Shown in pieces: positions 1 through 8,059 of a stretch of 64,000 bases of DNA. How positions within the stretch are numbered: position 1 is the first letter of the stretch; each line of letters starts with the position of its first letter. The DNA lies in assembly GCA_050010755.1 (NCBI GenBank), contig JBEKKK010000001.1:1024001-1088000 (forward strand). Direction: 5' to 3'. The position numbers were made by a program, and so were the translations under genes. The DNA is from Candidatus Bathyarchaeia archaeon (GTDB taxonomy: Archaea; Thermoproteota; Bathyarchaeia; Bathyarchaeales; Bathycorpusculaceae). The notes beneath the pieces are model-generated. The model was not told the origin of the DNA. It did not search any database and saw only the letters and a program-made list of their open reading frames with translations.

Positions 1-5
1 ATAAA

Positions 6-362
6 ATGGCAGGTTTCACAGGCGGTGTCATGTCTTTCTTGGCTTACTTTATAATCACGTTGATAGTGGCACTGGCCCAAATCGGCATTCGAGGATATGA
101 CTTTGGAACATATATGGAACTTTGGGTCGTTCTCATGGTGTTCGCTTTGATCTTCTTACCAATAGGAGGGTTCCTGGCTGGCATGATGAATGGAACGAAG
201 GCGCCGATGCCTTCTTTCCTAAAGTTCCAGTTCCAGCGAGGCCCCGCGGCTCCTCCGCCCCCTCCTGGCTCTGCAAACATGTGCCCCACATGTGGTAGCC
301 CTTTGAGATACATAGAACAGTACAAAAGATGGTACTGCGACAAAGAACAAAAATACGTTTAG
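6..362 (+). CDS. Membrane protein with Pro-rich linker and C-terminal zinc-ribbon-like motif (possibly 5'-truncated by window edge)
   Basis: Two hydrophobic helices, PPPPP linker, CPTC...WYC motif; T-tract after stop. Confidence 0.7.
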   Translation: MAGFTGGVMSFLAYFIITLIVALAQIGIRGYDFGTYMELWVVLMVFALIFLPIGGFLAGMMNGTKAPMPSFLKFQFQRGPAAPPPPPGSANMCPTCGSPLRYIEQYKRWYCDKEQKYV

Positions 363-589
363 CAAACAACCCATCTTTTTTTTGTTGATACGCGCGCGGA
401 GACCATTATTTATAGCGTATGTACGCGCGAATTAACTCATAGAATAGTGCGCGAGTTGGTTCTTTGGGCAATTAATCAGTTTCTTTCTCGCGGTTTTCCT
501 TGTCTTTTTTGAGCGCGGGCTAGCCATTATTCATTCTTGTAAATGGTCTGATGAAACATTTGAACACTTTAGATTCGAGCCTTGCGCGT

Positions 590-1147
590 TTAATGTTTTG
601 CTGTCGCGGTCAGCACAATCAGGCTTTCAATGAGGTCGGCAATCGATTTCTTTGCTTTCTCGTCTTTCAGTTTGCCATCTTCATCGAATTTTTCTCGTGC
701 ATAGCTCACCATTACTTCTGGCCTGTTGACGGCGTGCATGTTTAGGAATACGAAGCATTGTCGCAGGTGATACTGTGCTCTCGCTGTTCCCAGCATTCCT
801 GTGGATGCGCCCATTATCGCCACTGGCTTGTCATTGAAGACATTGTCAGTTGGCGGCCTTGAGGCCCAGTCGATTGCGTTCTTGAGCACTCCTGGGATAG
901 AATAGTTGTATTCGGGCGTCGCTATCAGTAATGCATCGGACGCTCTGATTCTGTTCTTGAAGTCCACAATTTTTTCAGGTGGTCGTGTTTCTATATCTTG
1001 GTTGAACGGAGGGATTCCCTCAAGATCGAAAATCGTGAACATTGCATTCTTCGGCATTAGTTCAGCGGCCGCTTCCAGCAATGCTTTGTTGTATGAACCT
1101 TTCCTCAAACTTCCAGCAAAACCAAGAATGCGAACAGGTTCGACCAT
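590..1147 (-). CDS. NADPH-dependent FMN reductase (ChrR/SsuE-like)
   Basis: GSLRKGSYN, ATPEYNYSIPGVLKNAIDWASR motifs; ATG at 1147 preferred. Confidence 0.92.
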   Translation of the reverse strand: MVEPVRILGFAGSLRKGSYNKALLEAAAELMPKNAMFTIFDLEGIPPFNQDIETRPPEKIVDFKNRIRASDALLIATPEYNYSIPGVLKNAIDWASRPPTDNVFNDKPVAIMGASTGMLGTARAQYHLRQCFVFLNMHAVNRPEVMVSYAREKFDEDGKLKDEKAKKSIADLIESLIVLTATAKH

Positions 1148-1297
1148 GGTCACCGTGTATAGCACTTTTTCGTTAAATAGATTTTTGTCCGTCGAAAAAT
1201 TGTCCTCGAGAGAAGCTCAAGGATATATCGAAGTCTGGCCGGCCAAGCTTGCTCTCCCGAGTCCGCAGAAGCGCGCGCGTTACTTAGGCCAAGCTTC

Positions 1298-1954
1298 TCA
1301 GTCGAAAGTGAAGGCCGAGGGGCATATCTTGTTCAGAACGCAAACTCCGCACTTGGGCTTCTTTGCCACGCAGACGTTTCTGCCGAGGAACATGAGCAAG
1401 TCAGTGATTCTCATCCACTCGTTTTTCGGGACGATTTCCATCAGATCCTTTTCTATCTTTTCCGGGTCTTCCTTCTCTGTAAGTCCTAGCCGTTTGGACA
1501 ATCTGCGGACATGCGTATCCACGGCTATTCCGTCAATAACGCCGTAAGCATTCTGCAGAACAATGTTCGCGGTTTTTCTAGCGACTCCGGGCAACTGCAG
1601 CAGTTCTTCCATCGTTCTCGGAACTTGAGAGTCAAACCTGTCCACAAGGATGTTGTTGGTCTGTTTGATGTTCTTGGCTTTGTTTCGGAAGAAACCGGTG
1701 GGCTTTATGTCGAGTTCAAGCTCGTCCAAATATGCTTTGGCGTAGTCCTCTGCATTTCTGTATTTCTTGAAAAGTGTTTCCGTCACCTTGTTTACTCTTT
1801 CATCCGTGCATTGAGCAGAGAGAATAGTGGCGACCAGGAGTTCAAGCGGATTTCTGTATTTCAAGGCTATCTTGGCCTGAGGATATTCCTTTTCCAATAG
1901 TCTTATAGTCGTTGACGCTCTGGCTTTTCTATCTGTCCCCGCAGTCCTGCTCAT
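1298..1954 (-). CDS. nth: Endonuclease III
   Basis: LSAQCTD, HhH LPGVARKTAN, VDTHV, C-x6-C-x2-C-x5-C Fe-S motif. Confidence 0.95.
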   Translation of the reverse strand: MSRTAGTDRKARASTTIRLLEKEYPQAKIALKYRNPLELLVATILSAQCTDERVNKVTETLFKKYRNAEDYAKAYLDELELDIKPTGFFRNKAKNIKQTNNILVDRFDSQVPRTMEELLQLPGVARKTANIVLQNAYGVIDGIAVDTHVRRLSKRLGLTEKEDPEKIEKDLMEIVPKNEWMRITDLLMFLGRNVCVAKKPKCGVCVLNKICPSAFTFD

Positions 1955-2048
1955 TCAGGTCACTGTTCTCTCATGCATTGTTTGGCTAGAAAAAGCTTAC
2001 AGAAGCTTTTTACTCTCAGAGAATACATTTTGCTAGAGGCGATATTGT

Positions 2049-2198
2049 TTGAACACTAGATTGTTGGTTGACGGCGAAGTTATCGACTTGAACGAATTCG
2101 TCGAAAAAATCCTCGGCGGCACAATCGCAGGAGCGGTGACCTCGTTGCGAGACATAAAGAAAGACTGGAAAAAAATCGAAATACAGGTAACAAAATAA
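2049..2198 (+). CDS. Small protein (49 aa), resembles MobB C-terminal-like domain; not in ORF track
   Basis: Manual translation MNTRLLVDGEVIDLNEFVEKILGGTIAGAVTSLRDIKKDWKKIEIQVTK; TTG start with GAGG upstream. Confidence 0.7.
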   Translation: MNTRLLVDGEVIDLNEFVEKILGGTIAGAVTSLRDIKKDWKKIEIQVTK

Positions 2199-2218
2199 AA
2201 CCATGCTTTGTTATTGTG

Positions 2219-2779
2219 CTAACCCTGCACTGTCGTGTTTATTTCCAGTTGGGTGAACATTTCTCTTTTTGCTTTGCATATTGGACAGACGTAGGGTGGA
2301 TCTTCGCGGTATACGACGTAGCCGCATTGTTTGCAGTACCAGAGTTTCTTCTTAACCGAACCGGTTTGTGTAGTGGGCACTGGTTTGGCCTCAGGTGCTT
2401 GTGGGCCTACTGGCTTGGGTGCCGCTGCCGCCGTGGGGCCGTAGGCTCTGGCCTGTTTTTCTGGGGGTCTGCGTTCGGGGATTGGGTTTATCGGTGTTTT
2501 GCCTTCGTACAGGTCTTTTCGCATGTATAATGCGCAGTAACAGGCTCCGTATTCGGCGATGTCTGGATCTCGGTAGTCGCACGGGCAGATTATGTCTCGG
2601 TCGATCTCAAGGTTTCCCGTGGCAAGTCTGCAGGGGCATGAAGGATAGCCGTAACGTTCCTCGTTCTTTTTCAAACCTTCGAGGAGGTCTTGCAGAAATT
2701 TAGGGTCGGAATGTAAGTAGTACCCGTAGGTTTTTGCGTCACTCTCGGCTCTTTGGCGAACCTTTTCGAGCGATATCAA
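2219..2779 (-). CDS. Ferredoxin:thioredoxin/disulfide reductase catalytic domain fused to C-terminal rubredoxin-like domain (FDR-type)
   Basis: CPC...CPC...CYC FTR motifs plus CKQC...CPIC. Confidence 0.9.
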   Translation of the reverse strand: MISLEKVRQRAESDAKTYGYYLHSDPKFLQDLLEGLKKNEERYGYPSCPCRLATGNLEIDRDIICPCDYRDPDIAEYGACYCALYMRKDLYEGKTPINPIPERRPPEKQARAYGPTAAAAPKPVGPQAPEAKPVPTTQTGSVKKKLWYCKQCGYVVYREDPPYVCPICKAKREMFTQLEINTTVQG

Positions 2780-3069
2780 ATATCAAGTGCCTCTTTTATC
2801 TTGTCTTTACGGAAGCCCGTGACGACGGTTTTTCCGTCGACAATTATCGTTGGGTAGGTGGGTGAACCTCCTAGGCGTGTGATTTCGTTTCTGATTTTTT
2901 CATGGTCTTCGTCATTTGCCAAGTCAACGTCCACATATTCATATTCGATATCGTTTTCTTTCAGGAACTCCTTCGTCATTTTGCACCATGCACACGTACT
3001 TATCGCGTAAATCAGAACTTTATGTGTCTTGTTATTGCCGTTAACTCTGATTTTCTCCATTCTTTTCAC
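2776..3069 (-). CDS. Glutaredoxin-like protein (NrdH/MRX-like)
   Basis: CAWC motif, YPTIIVDG cis-Pro motif, 4-nt overlap with FDR. Confidence 0.88.
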   Translation of the reverse strand: MKRMEKIRVNGNNKTHKVLIYAISTCAWCKMTKEFLKENDIEYEYVDVDLANDEDHEKIRNEITRLGGSPTYPTIIVDGKTVVTGFRKDKIKEALDI

Positions 3070-3296
3070 ACCACTTTCTTAATGAGTCTACTATCAGCCT
3101 AGCCTATATCAATGTAGGATATAATAATTTAGCTCGGGTTTGACTTGGCGAAATATTGCACCTGAGTATTTCTCTTTGGCGTTTCTGGCGCAAAGGCGTT
3201 TGTTTTGACTACTTGATTCTTGGCTTTTAGTTTCATCTTTCGTGTGATGTAATGAAAAGATGGGGGTTGTGAGTTTGGCTTATTTCTTGTTCAAGC

Positions 3297-3911
3297 TTAT
3301 TTTTGGAATTCTTGAAGTCTTTCGTTAGCTTTGGCCCAGTTGACGATGCTCCAGAACGCTTCTATGTATTTGGCTCTGTCGTTTTTGTAGTCGACGTAGT
3401 ATGCGTGCTCCCAGACGTCTAGGACCATGAGGATGTGGAAGCCTGGGTAGACGTTGGTGTTGTGTTTTTCAATTTGCATTACTATCGGTCGTTTTGTTTG
3501 TTTGTCGATAGTCAATGCGGCCCATCCTGAGCCTTCAACGCTCTGGGCTGCCTGAGAGAATTCTTTCTTGAATCTGTCGAAGCTTCCGAACTCCTTGTCT
3601 AATGCGTCAGCAAGCGCACTTGCTGGTTTTCCTCCTGCCTTTTTAGGTGGTGCTAGGTTGTTCCAGAATAGTGAGTGGAGAAGGTTTCCGCCTATGTTGA
3701 AGGAGAGTTCTTTCAGGGAAGACTTAACGTCCACGTCAGCTCCTTCTTTTCTGGCCTTGTCCAGCTTTTGAAATATAGTATTCGCACCGTTGACGTATGC
3801 CTGATGGTGCTTGTCATGATGTAGCGTCAATTGCTCTTTGGACATGTACGGCTGTAAGTCCCCGTAATCGTACGGCAGCTTCGGCAGAATGTAGAGTTTG
3901 CTTGTTTCCAT
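3297..3911 (-). CDS. sod: Fe/Mn superoxide dismutase
   Basis: [24 protein letters not shown]. Confidence 0.96.
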   Translation of the reverse strand: METSKLYILPKLPYDYGDLQPYMSKEQLTLHHDKHHQAYVNGANTIFQKLDKARKEGADVDVKSSLKELSFNIGGNLLHSLFWNNLAPPKKAGGKPASALADALDKEFGSFDRFKKEFSQAAQSVEGSGWAALTIDKQTKRPIVMQIEKHNTNVYPGFHILMVLDVWEHAYYVDYKNDRAKYIEAFWSIVNWAKANERLQEFQK

Positions 3912-4112
3912 AATACATTCCTTCTGTGACTAATACCTTGCAACTTGTGCAGTTTTAAACTTTCCTTACTACCGTGCTGCAGTAACGCCAACTTCGGTGT
4001 GAGGTTGCGATATGCAAGCATATGATGGTATGTCTTCTTAGATTTGTCGATGAAGACAATAAGTTTAAGCTTGAGCGCAGTAAGACTTCAGAAAGCTCAG
4101 GCGGATGGTTGA

Positions 4113-4469
4113 ATGGAGATGCTAACGATGGTAATCAGCAGCTCTCCGTATGGAGATGAGAGAATCTGGAATGCTTTGAGGTTGGCAGAAGCACTGTCAT
4201 GCTCGAATGCAAGGATGAAAGTCAGCATTTTCCTAATCGGCGACGCGGTGAACGCTGCCAAGAAGGGACAAAAACCTGCCAAGGGATTTTACAACATAGA
4301 AAGAATGCTTGAAGGCCTCGTCAAAGTAGGTGTCTGCGTCAACGTTTGCCACACGAGTATGAACCTGAGAGGGCTAACCGAGCAGGATCTAGTCGAAGGA
4401 ACAGAAATGGGCACTATAACGGGGCTTTCAAAATGGATAGCAGAAAGCCAGAGAGTTCTATCTTTCTAG
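4113..4469 (+). CDS. DsrE/YchN family protein
   Basis: SPYGDER..NALRLA, FLIGDAV, VCxxS..RG. Confidence 0.85.
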   Translation: MEMLTMVISSSPYGDERIWNALRLAEALSCSNARMKVSIFLIGDAVNAAKKGQKPAKGFYNIERMLEGLVKVGVCVNVCHTSMNLRGLTEQDLVEGTEMGTITGLSKWIAESQRVLSF

Positions 4470-4624
4470 AAGTAATTCACACTTGTCGCGGGCTTTGCTG
4501 GTTCATGTGAAGACCTTTGAACTGCTGCATGCCTTTTCATAGACTTGCGCGCCGTTCGGTTTGCAGTTTCATAAACGAAAGGGTTAATATTTCCAAGCTT
4601 TCCATCTAGGATGGGTGAATCAGT

Positions 4625-4939
4625 TTGCCGATAGATCCTGACTTTCAGAAGAAGCGTACAATTGCAGGCCAGCACAATGGGCACAATGTCTGGGGACCTG
4701 TTGAACCGCCCAAGAAACTGGGCGTTCATGGGACCGACGTGGCTGTCGACTGGGACATTTGTACTGGAGACGGAATCTGCATCGACGTTTGCCCCGTGAC
4801 ACTGTTTGATTGGGGTGATTCTCCCGGCCATCCGAATTCGGAGAAGAAATCTGACCCGGCAAGAGAGAAAGACTGCATAAAATGCCTTGCATGCGAAGTT
4901 CAATGCCCAGCACAAGCTATTAAAATATCACAAACCTGA
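4625..4939 (+). CDS. zfx: Zinc-containing dicluster (7Fe-type) ferredoxin
   Basis: N-terminal HxxH...GVHG extension, CxxDxxCxxxCP and CxxCxxCxxxCP, KSDP; closely resembles Sulfolobus-type Zn ferredoxin. Confidence 0.85.
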   Translation: MPIDPDFQKKRTIAGQHNGHNVWGPVEPPKKLGVHGTDVAVDWDICTGDGICIDVCPVTLFDWGDSPGHPNSEKKSDPAREKDCIKCLACEVQCPAQAIKISQT

Positions 4940-5007
4940 ATTGTTGCACTGTAGACCCAAAAGAAATTTATTCCCCTTTTTTAGCTTTTGAATTAAGAGG
5001 CTGAGTT

Positions 5008-5244
5008 ATGAAGGTCAAACCTGACAAAACGTTGGACTGTTTAGGCCTGTACTGTCCTGAACCCGTCTTCAAGACGAGACTTGAATTGGACGAGCTGAAA
5101 GTTGGCGAGACTCTGGAGGTTCTTGCAGACGATCCAGCTGCCGAGTCTGACATACGGAGTCTAGTGAAGAATCTGGAACAGGAACTAGTGAGTGTGAACA
5201 AGGAAGGCGAAACGGTTCGTATATTAATAAGGAAAGTTAAATGA
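5008..5244 (+). CDS. tusA: TusA family sulfur carrier
   Basis: LDCLGLYCPEP, LADDPAA..DI. Confidence 0.9.
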   Translation: MKVKPDKTLDCLGLYCPEPVFKTRLELDELKVGETLEVLADDPAAESDIRSLVKNLEQELVSVNKEGETVRILIRKVK

Positions 5245-5267
5245 GAAATATCGAGAAGTGAAGTGAA

Positions 5268-5639
5268 ATGAGCGTTAAGAAGAAAAAAATTCTGTACGTG
5301 CAAACCAGCGGTACCGACAATCCTGAACGCGCCTATGCACCTTTCATTCTGGCAACCACGGCCGCAATGATGAACGTTGAAGCCACCGTCTACTTCGTGA
5401 TAAAGGGCGTCACTCTTGTCAAAAAGGGTGAAGCTGAGAAAATCAAGATGGGCAGTTTTCCATCGCTCAAAGAGGTTATGGATCAGGCAGTCAAAGCAGG
5501 CGTCAAGCTCTCCGTGTGCGAACAGAGCTGCGGACTACTCGGAATTCCCAAGGGCGAGTTCACGAAAGAGGCACAGGTTGTGGGCGCTGCAACCCTTAAT
5601 GACCTAGCTCTCACCGCTGACGCTATTCTAAGCTTCTGA
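5268..5639 (+). CDS. DsrE family sulfur-relay protein
   Basis: PERAYAPF..A, YFVIKGV, VCEQS, GAATL. Confidence 0.85.
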   Translation: MSVKKKKILYVQTSGTDNPERAYAPFILATTAAMMNVEATVYFVIKGVTLVKKGEAEKIKMGSFPSLKEVMDQAVKAGVKLSVCEQSCGLLGIPKGEFTKEAQVVGAATLNDLALTADAILSF

Positions 5640-5650
5640 GTGAAAACACC

Positions 5651-6835
5651 TTGTCGGCAACGAAACGCGTCTACCTAGATCACGCAGCGGGCCGACCCGT
5701 AGAACCGCTCGCCATAGAAGCGATGCTACCCTACTTGAAATCGTCGTGCGGAAACCCATCGTCCCTGCACGAGATCGGCCAACAAGCAAAGCGTGCAGTC
5801 GAAGAAGCAAGGTCGAAAATTGCTGCGATGATAAACGCGGAGAAAAAAGAATCGATAATCTTCACTTCAGGCGCGACTGAAAGCAACAACTTGGCCATCA
5901 AAGGCGTGGCCAACCGTAAGAAGGATCGAGGACTCCGAATTCTCACCTCCAGCGTCGAACACATGTCCGTGGTCAACCCATGCAAGTTCCTCACCACAAA
6001 AGGATTTGAGACAGTCTTCATTCCAGTTGACAAGTACGGCTTCTTGAATCTTGAAAGCCTCCAGAAAGAACTAACAGAAAAAACAGTCCTGGTTTCTGTA
6101 ATATACGCAAACGCAGAAATAGGAACAATCGAACCGATAAAAGAAATCAGCAAGATCGTGCACAGCAAGAACGCCTATCTACACGTTGACGCCACAGCCG
6201 CTTGTGGCCACTTCCCAATTGACGTAAAGAACGAAGGCATAGACCTGCTCACCATCTCTTCGAACGATTTGTACGGGCCTAGGGGCGTAGGGGCTCTCTA
6301 TTTGAAAGAAGGAGTGCGCATTGAACCACTGTTCCACGGCGGCGGCCAAGAGAAGGGTCTGAGATCCGGCACGGAGAACGTTGCAGCCATCGTGGGGTTT
6401 GGAAAGGCTGCAGAAATAGCTAAGAAGGAATTGCAAACCGAAAGCGCGCAGCTTACAAAACTCAGAGACAGGTTCATCGACGGTTTGCTCAAGCCGATTC
6501 CATACTCTTTCTTGAACGGGCACCCCACGACGCGTTTGCCCGACAACGTCTCCGTCAGATACAGTTTCATAGAAGGAGAATCCATGCTTCTCAGCCTAGA
6601 CCTGAAGGGCGTGTACGCGTCGTCAGGCTCAGCCTGCGCATCCAAGACGCTGGAACCGTCCCACGTGCTGTTGGCAATTGGATTAAAGCACGAGGAGGCT
6701 CACGGTTCCCTAATGTTTACTCTGGGCAGAAACAACACTGAAGAAGACGTTGACTACGCAGCAAGCTTAATGCCAGACATCGTAAACAGACTAAGAGGTA
6801 TGTCACCTCTGACTCCGAAGGAGCTGAAAACATAA
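5651..6835 (+). CDS. iscS: IscS/NifS-family protein with PLP-binding Lys replaced by Asp
   Basis: YLDHAA, FTSGATESNN, HVDA, RSGTEN, SSGSAC; SSNDLYGPRG in place of SxHKxxGPKG. Confidence 0.92.
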   Translation: MSATKRVYLDHAAGRPVEPLAIEAMLPYLKSSCGNPSSLHEIGQQAKRAVEEARSKIAAMINAEKKESIIFTSGATESNNLAIKGVANRKKDRGLRILTSSVEHMSVVNPCKFLTTKGFETVFIPVDKYGFLNLESLQKELTEKTVLVSVIYANAEIGTIEPIKEISKIVHSKNAYLHVDATAACGHFPIDVKNEGIDLLTISSNDLYGPRGVGALYLKEGVRIEPLFHGGGQEKGLRSGTENVAAIVGFGKAAEIAKKELQTESAQLTKLRDRFIDGLLKPIPYSFLNGHPTTRLPDNVSVRYSFIEGESMLLSLDLKGVYASSGSACASKTLEPSHVLLAIGLKHEEAHGSLMFTLGRNNTEEDVDYAASLMPDIVNRLRGMSPLTPKELKT

Positions 6836-7224
6836 TGTACACCGAAAAAGTCATGGAACACTTCAAAAACCCCCGAAACGTCGGGGAAATCCCAGACGCA
6901 GACGGCGTCGGCACTGTCGGAAATCCTGTCTGCGGAGACTTGATGACCATCTACATCAAAGTAAAAGACAACCGTCTCGTGGACATCAAATTCAAAACAT
7001 TCGGGTGTGGCTCAGCGATTGCGACCAGCAGCATGATCACCGAATTGGCCAAAGGAAAAACGTTGGAAGAAGGACTGAAAATCTCGCGGGCAAACGTGGC
7101 TGACGAGCTTGGCGGGCTTCCACCGGTTAAAATGCACTGTTCAAACCTCGCCGCGGACGCGTTGCACGCCGCTATCGAAGATTATTACAAGAAGCATGGA
7201 AAAGGTGGAGATGTTAAGAAATGA
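6835..7224 (+). CDS. iscU: Fe-S scaffold IscU/NifU-N
   Basis: HFKNPRN, GNPVCGD, TFGCGSAIA, LPPVKMHCS. Confidence 0.95.
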   Translation: MYTEKVMEHFKNPRNVGEIPDADGVGTVGNPVCGDLMTIYIKVKDNRLVDIKFKTFGCGSAIATSSMITELAKGKTLEEGLKISRANVADELGGLPPVKMHCSNLAADALHAAIEDYYKKHGKGGDVKK

Positions 7225-7376
7225 AGCCGGAATTTGTCCGATGCGAATTCTGCCAAGCAGAAGTGCCGCAGGAAGCATGCAAACTCGCAGCTCACCGCAC
7301 AGTCATTGACGGGAAAGAGTACATTTTCTGCTGCGCAAAATGCGCCCAAAAATACCAACAGAAAAAGAAAAAGTAG
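7221..7376 (+). CDS. Small TRASH/YHS-like metal-binding protein (51 aa); not in ORF track
   Basis: Manual translation MKPEFVRCEFCQAEVPQEACKLAAHRTVIDGKEYIFCCAKCAQKYQQKKKK; ATGA overlap with iscU. Confidence 0.8.
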   Translation: MKPEFVRCEFCQAEVPQEACKLAAHRTVIDGKEYIFCCAKCAQKYQQKKKK

Positions 7377-7399
7377 GCCAGGCACTCAAAAAACTCCCG

Positions 7400-7414
7400 C
7401 TTTTTTTCCTTTTT
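7400..7414 (+). terminator. Putative archaeal oligo-T terminator of the isc operon
   Basis: T-rich tract about 25 nt after the last stop codon. Confidence 0.45.
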
Positions 7415-7479
7415 GTCATGGTTCATTGCTGACGATGTTTATAAGACAAACAGAAAAAAGGCGTATTGGGTGATTAAGA

Positions 7480-7698
7480 ATGACATGTTGGAAATGGTTT
7501 GAGAGAATGTTAAAAGAAGCTGGAATAGAGGTCACCGACAAGAACAAAGACAAAATCGATAAGATCATCCATCACTATGTCGGCGAGCAATCGAGATACG
7601 GCCGCTGCTCAGCACAATGGCACAAAGCCCTAGAAGAGATTGAAAATGATGAAGCGTTGAAAAAGGAACTCATCGAGCAGCTCCGGACTCCGATGTAG
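7480..7698 (+). CDS. Small hypothetical helical protein with two Cys
   Basis: Clean ORF with TTTATAA box upstream; charged helical composition. Confidence 0.7.
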   Translation: MTCWKWFERMLKEAGIEVTDKNKDKIDKIIHHYVGEQSRYGRCSAQWHKALEEIENDEALKKELIEQLRTPM

Positions 7699-7806
7699 CC
7701 TTCTCTCGGACGCGATTTGCCCTGAGAGACTTTCTGAAACGTTAAGCCGCACAGTAGGCTTTAAATGTCGTTTAGCACTTGTTTTTCGCGAATGTGAGGA
7801 ATAACC

Positions 7807-7968
7807 TTGGAAAAATGGGAATGTGCAGTTTGCGGCTACATTTACGATCCTGCAGTAGGAGACCCTGAACATGGCATAGAGGCTGGAAGGCCGTTCGAGG
7901 CTCTGCCGAACGACTGGGTTTGTCCGGTCTGCGGGGTTCCCAAGGACCAGTTTGTCAAGAAAGAATGA
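7807..7968 (+). CDS. Rubredoxin; not in ORF track
   Basis: Manual translation [53 protein letters not shown]; GAGG upstream of TTG. Confidence 0.95.
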   Translation: MEKWECAVCGYIYDPAVGDPEHGIEAGRPFEALPNDWVCPVCGVPKDQFVKKE

Positions 7969-8028
7969 AAAACTCGGCTTTTTTGTTGCAGAATTGTTTC
8001 TTGCAAACTTTATATTCTTAGGGTTAGC

Positions 8029-8052
8029 AAGTTTGAGTTGAAGTTTGAGTTG
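8029..8052 (+). repeat. Perfect 12-bp tandem repeat (AAGTTTGAGTTG)x2 between TATA box and nrdJ start
   Basis: Read directly; TTTATA at 8009-8014. Confidence 0.8.
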
Positions 8053-8059
8053 ATAAAGC

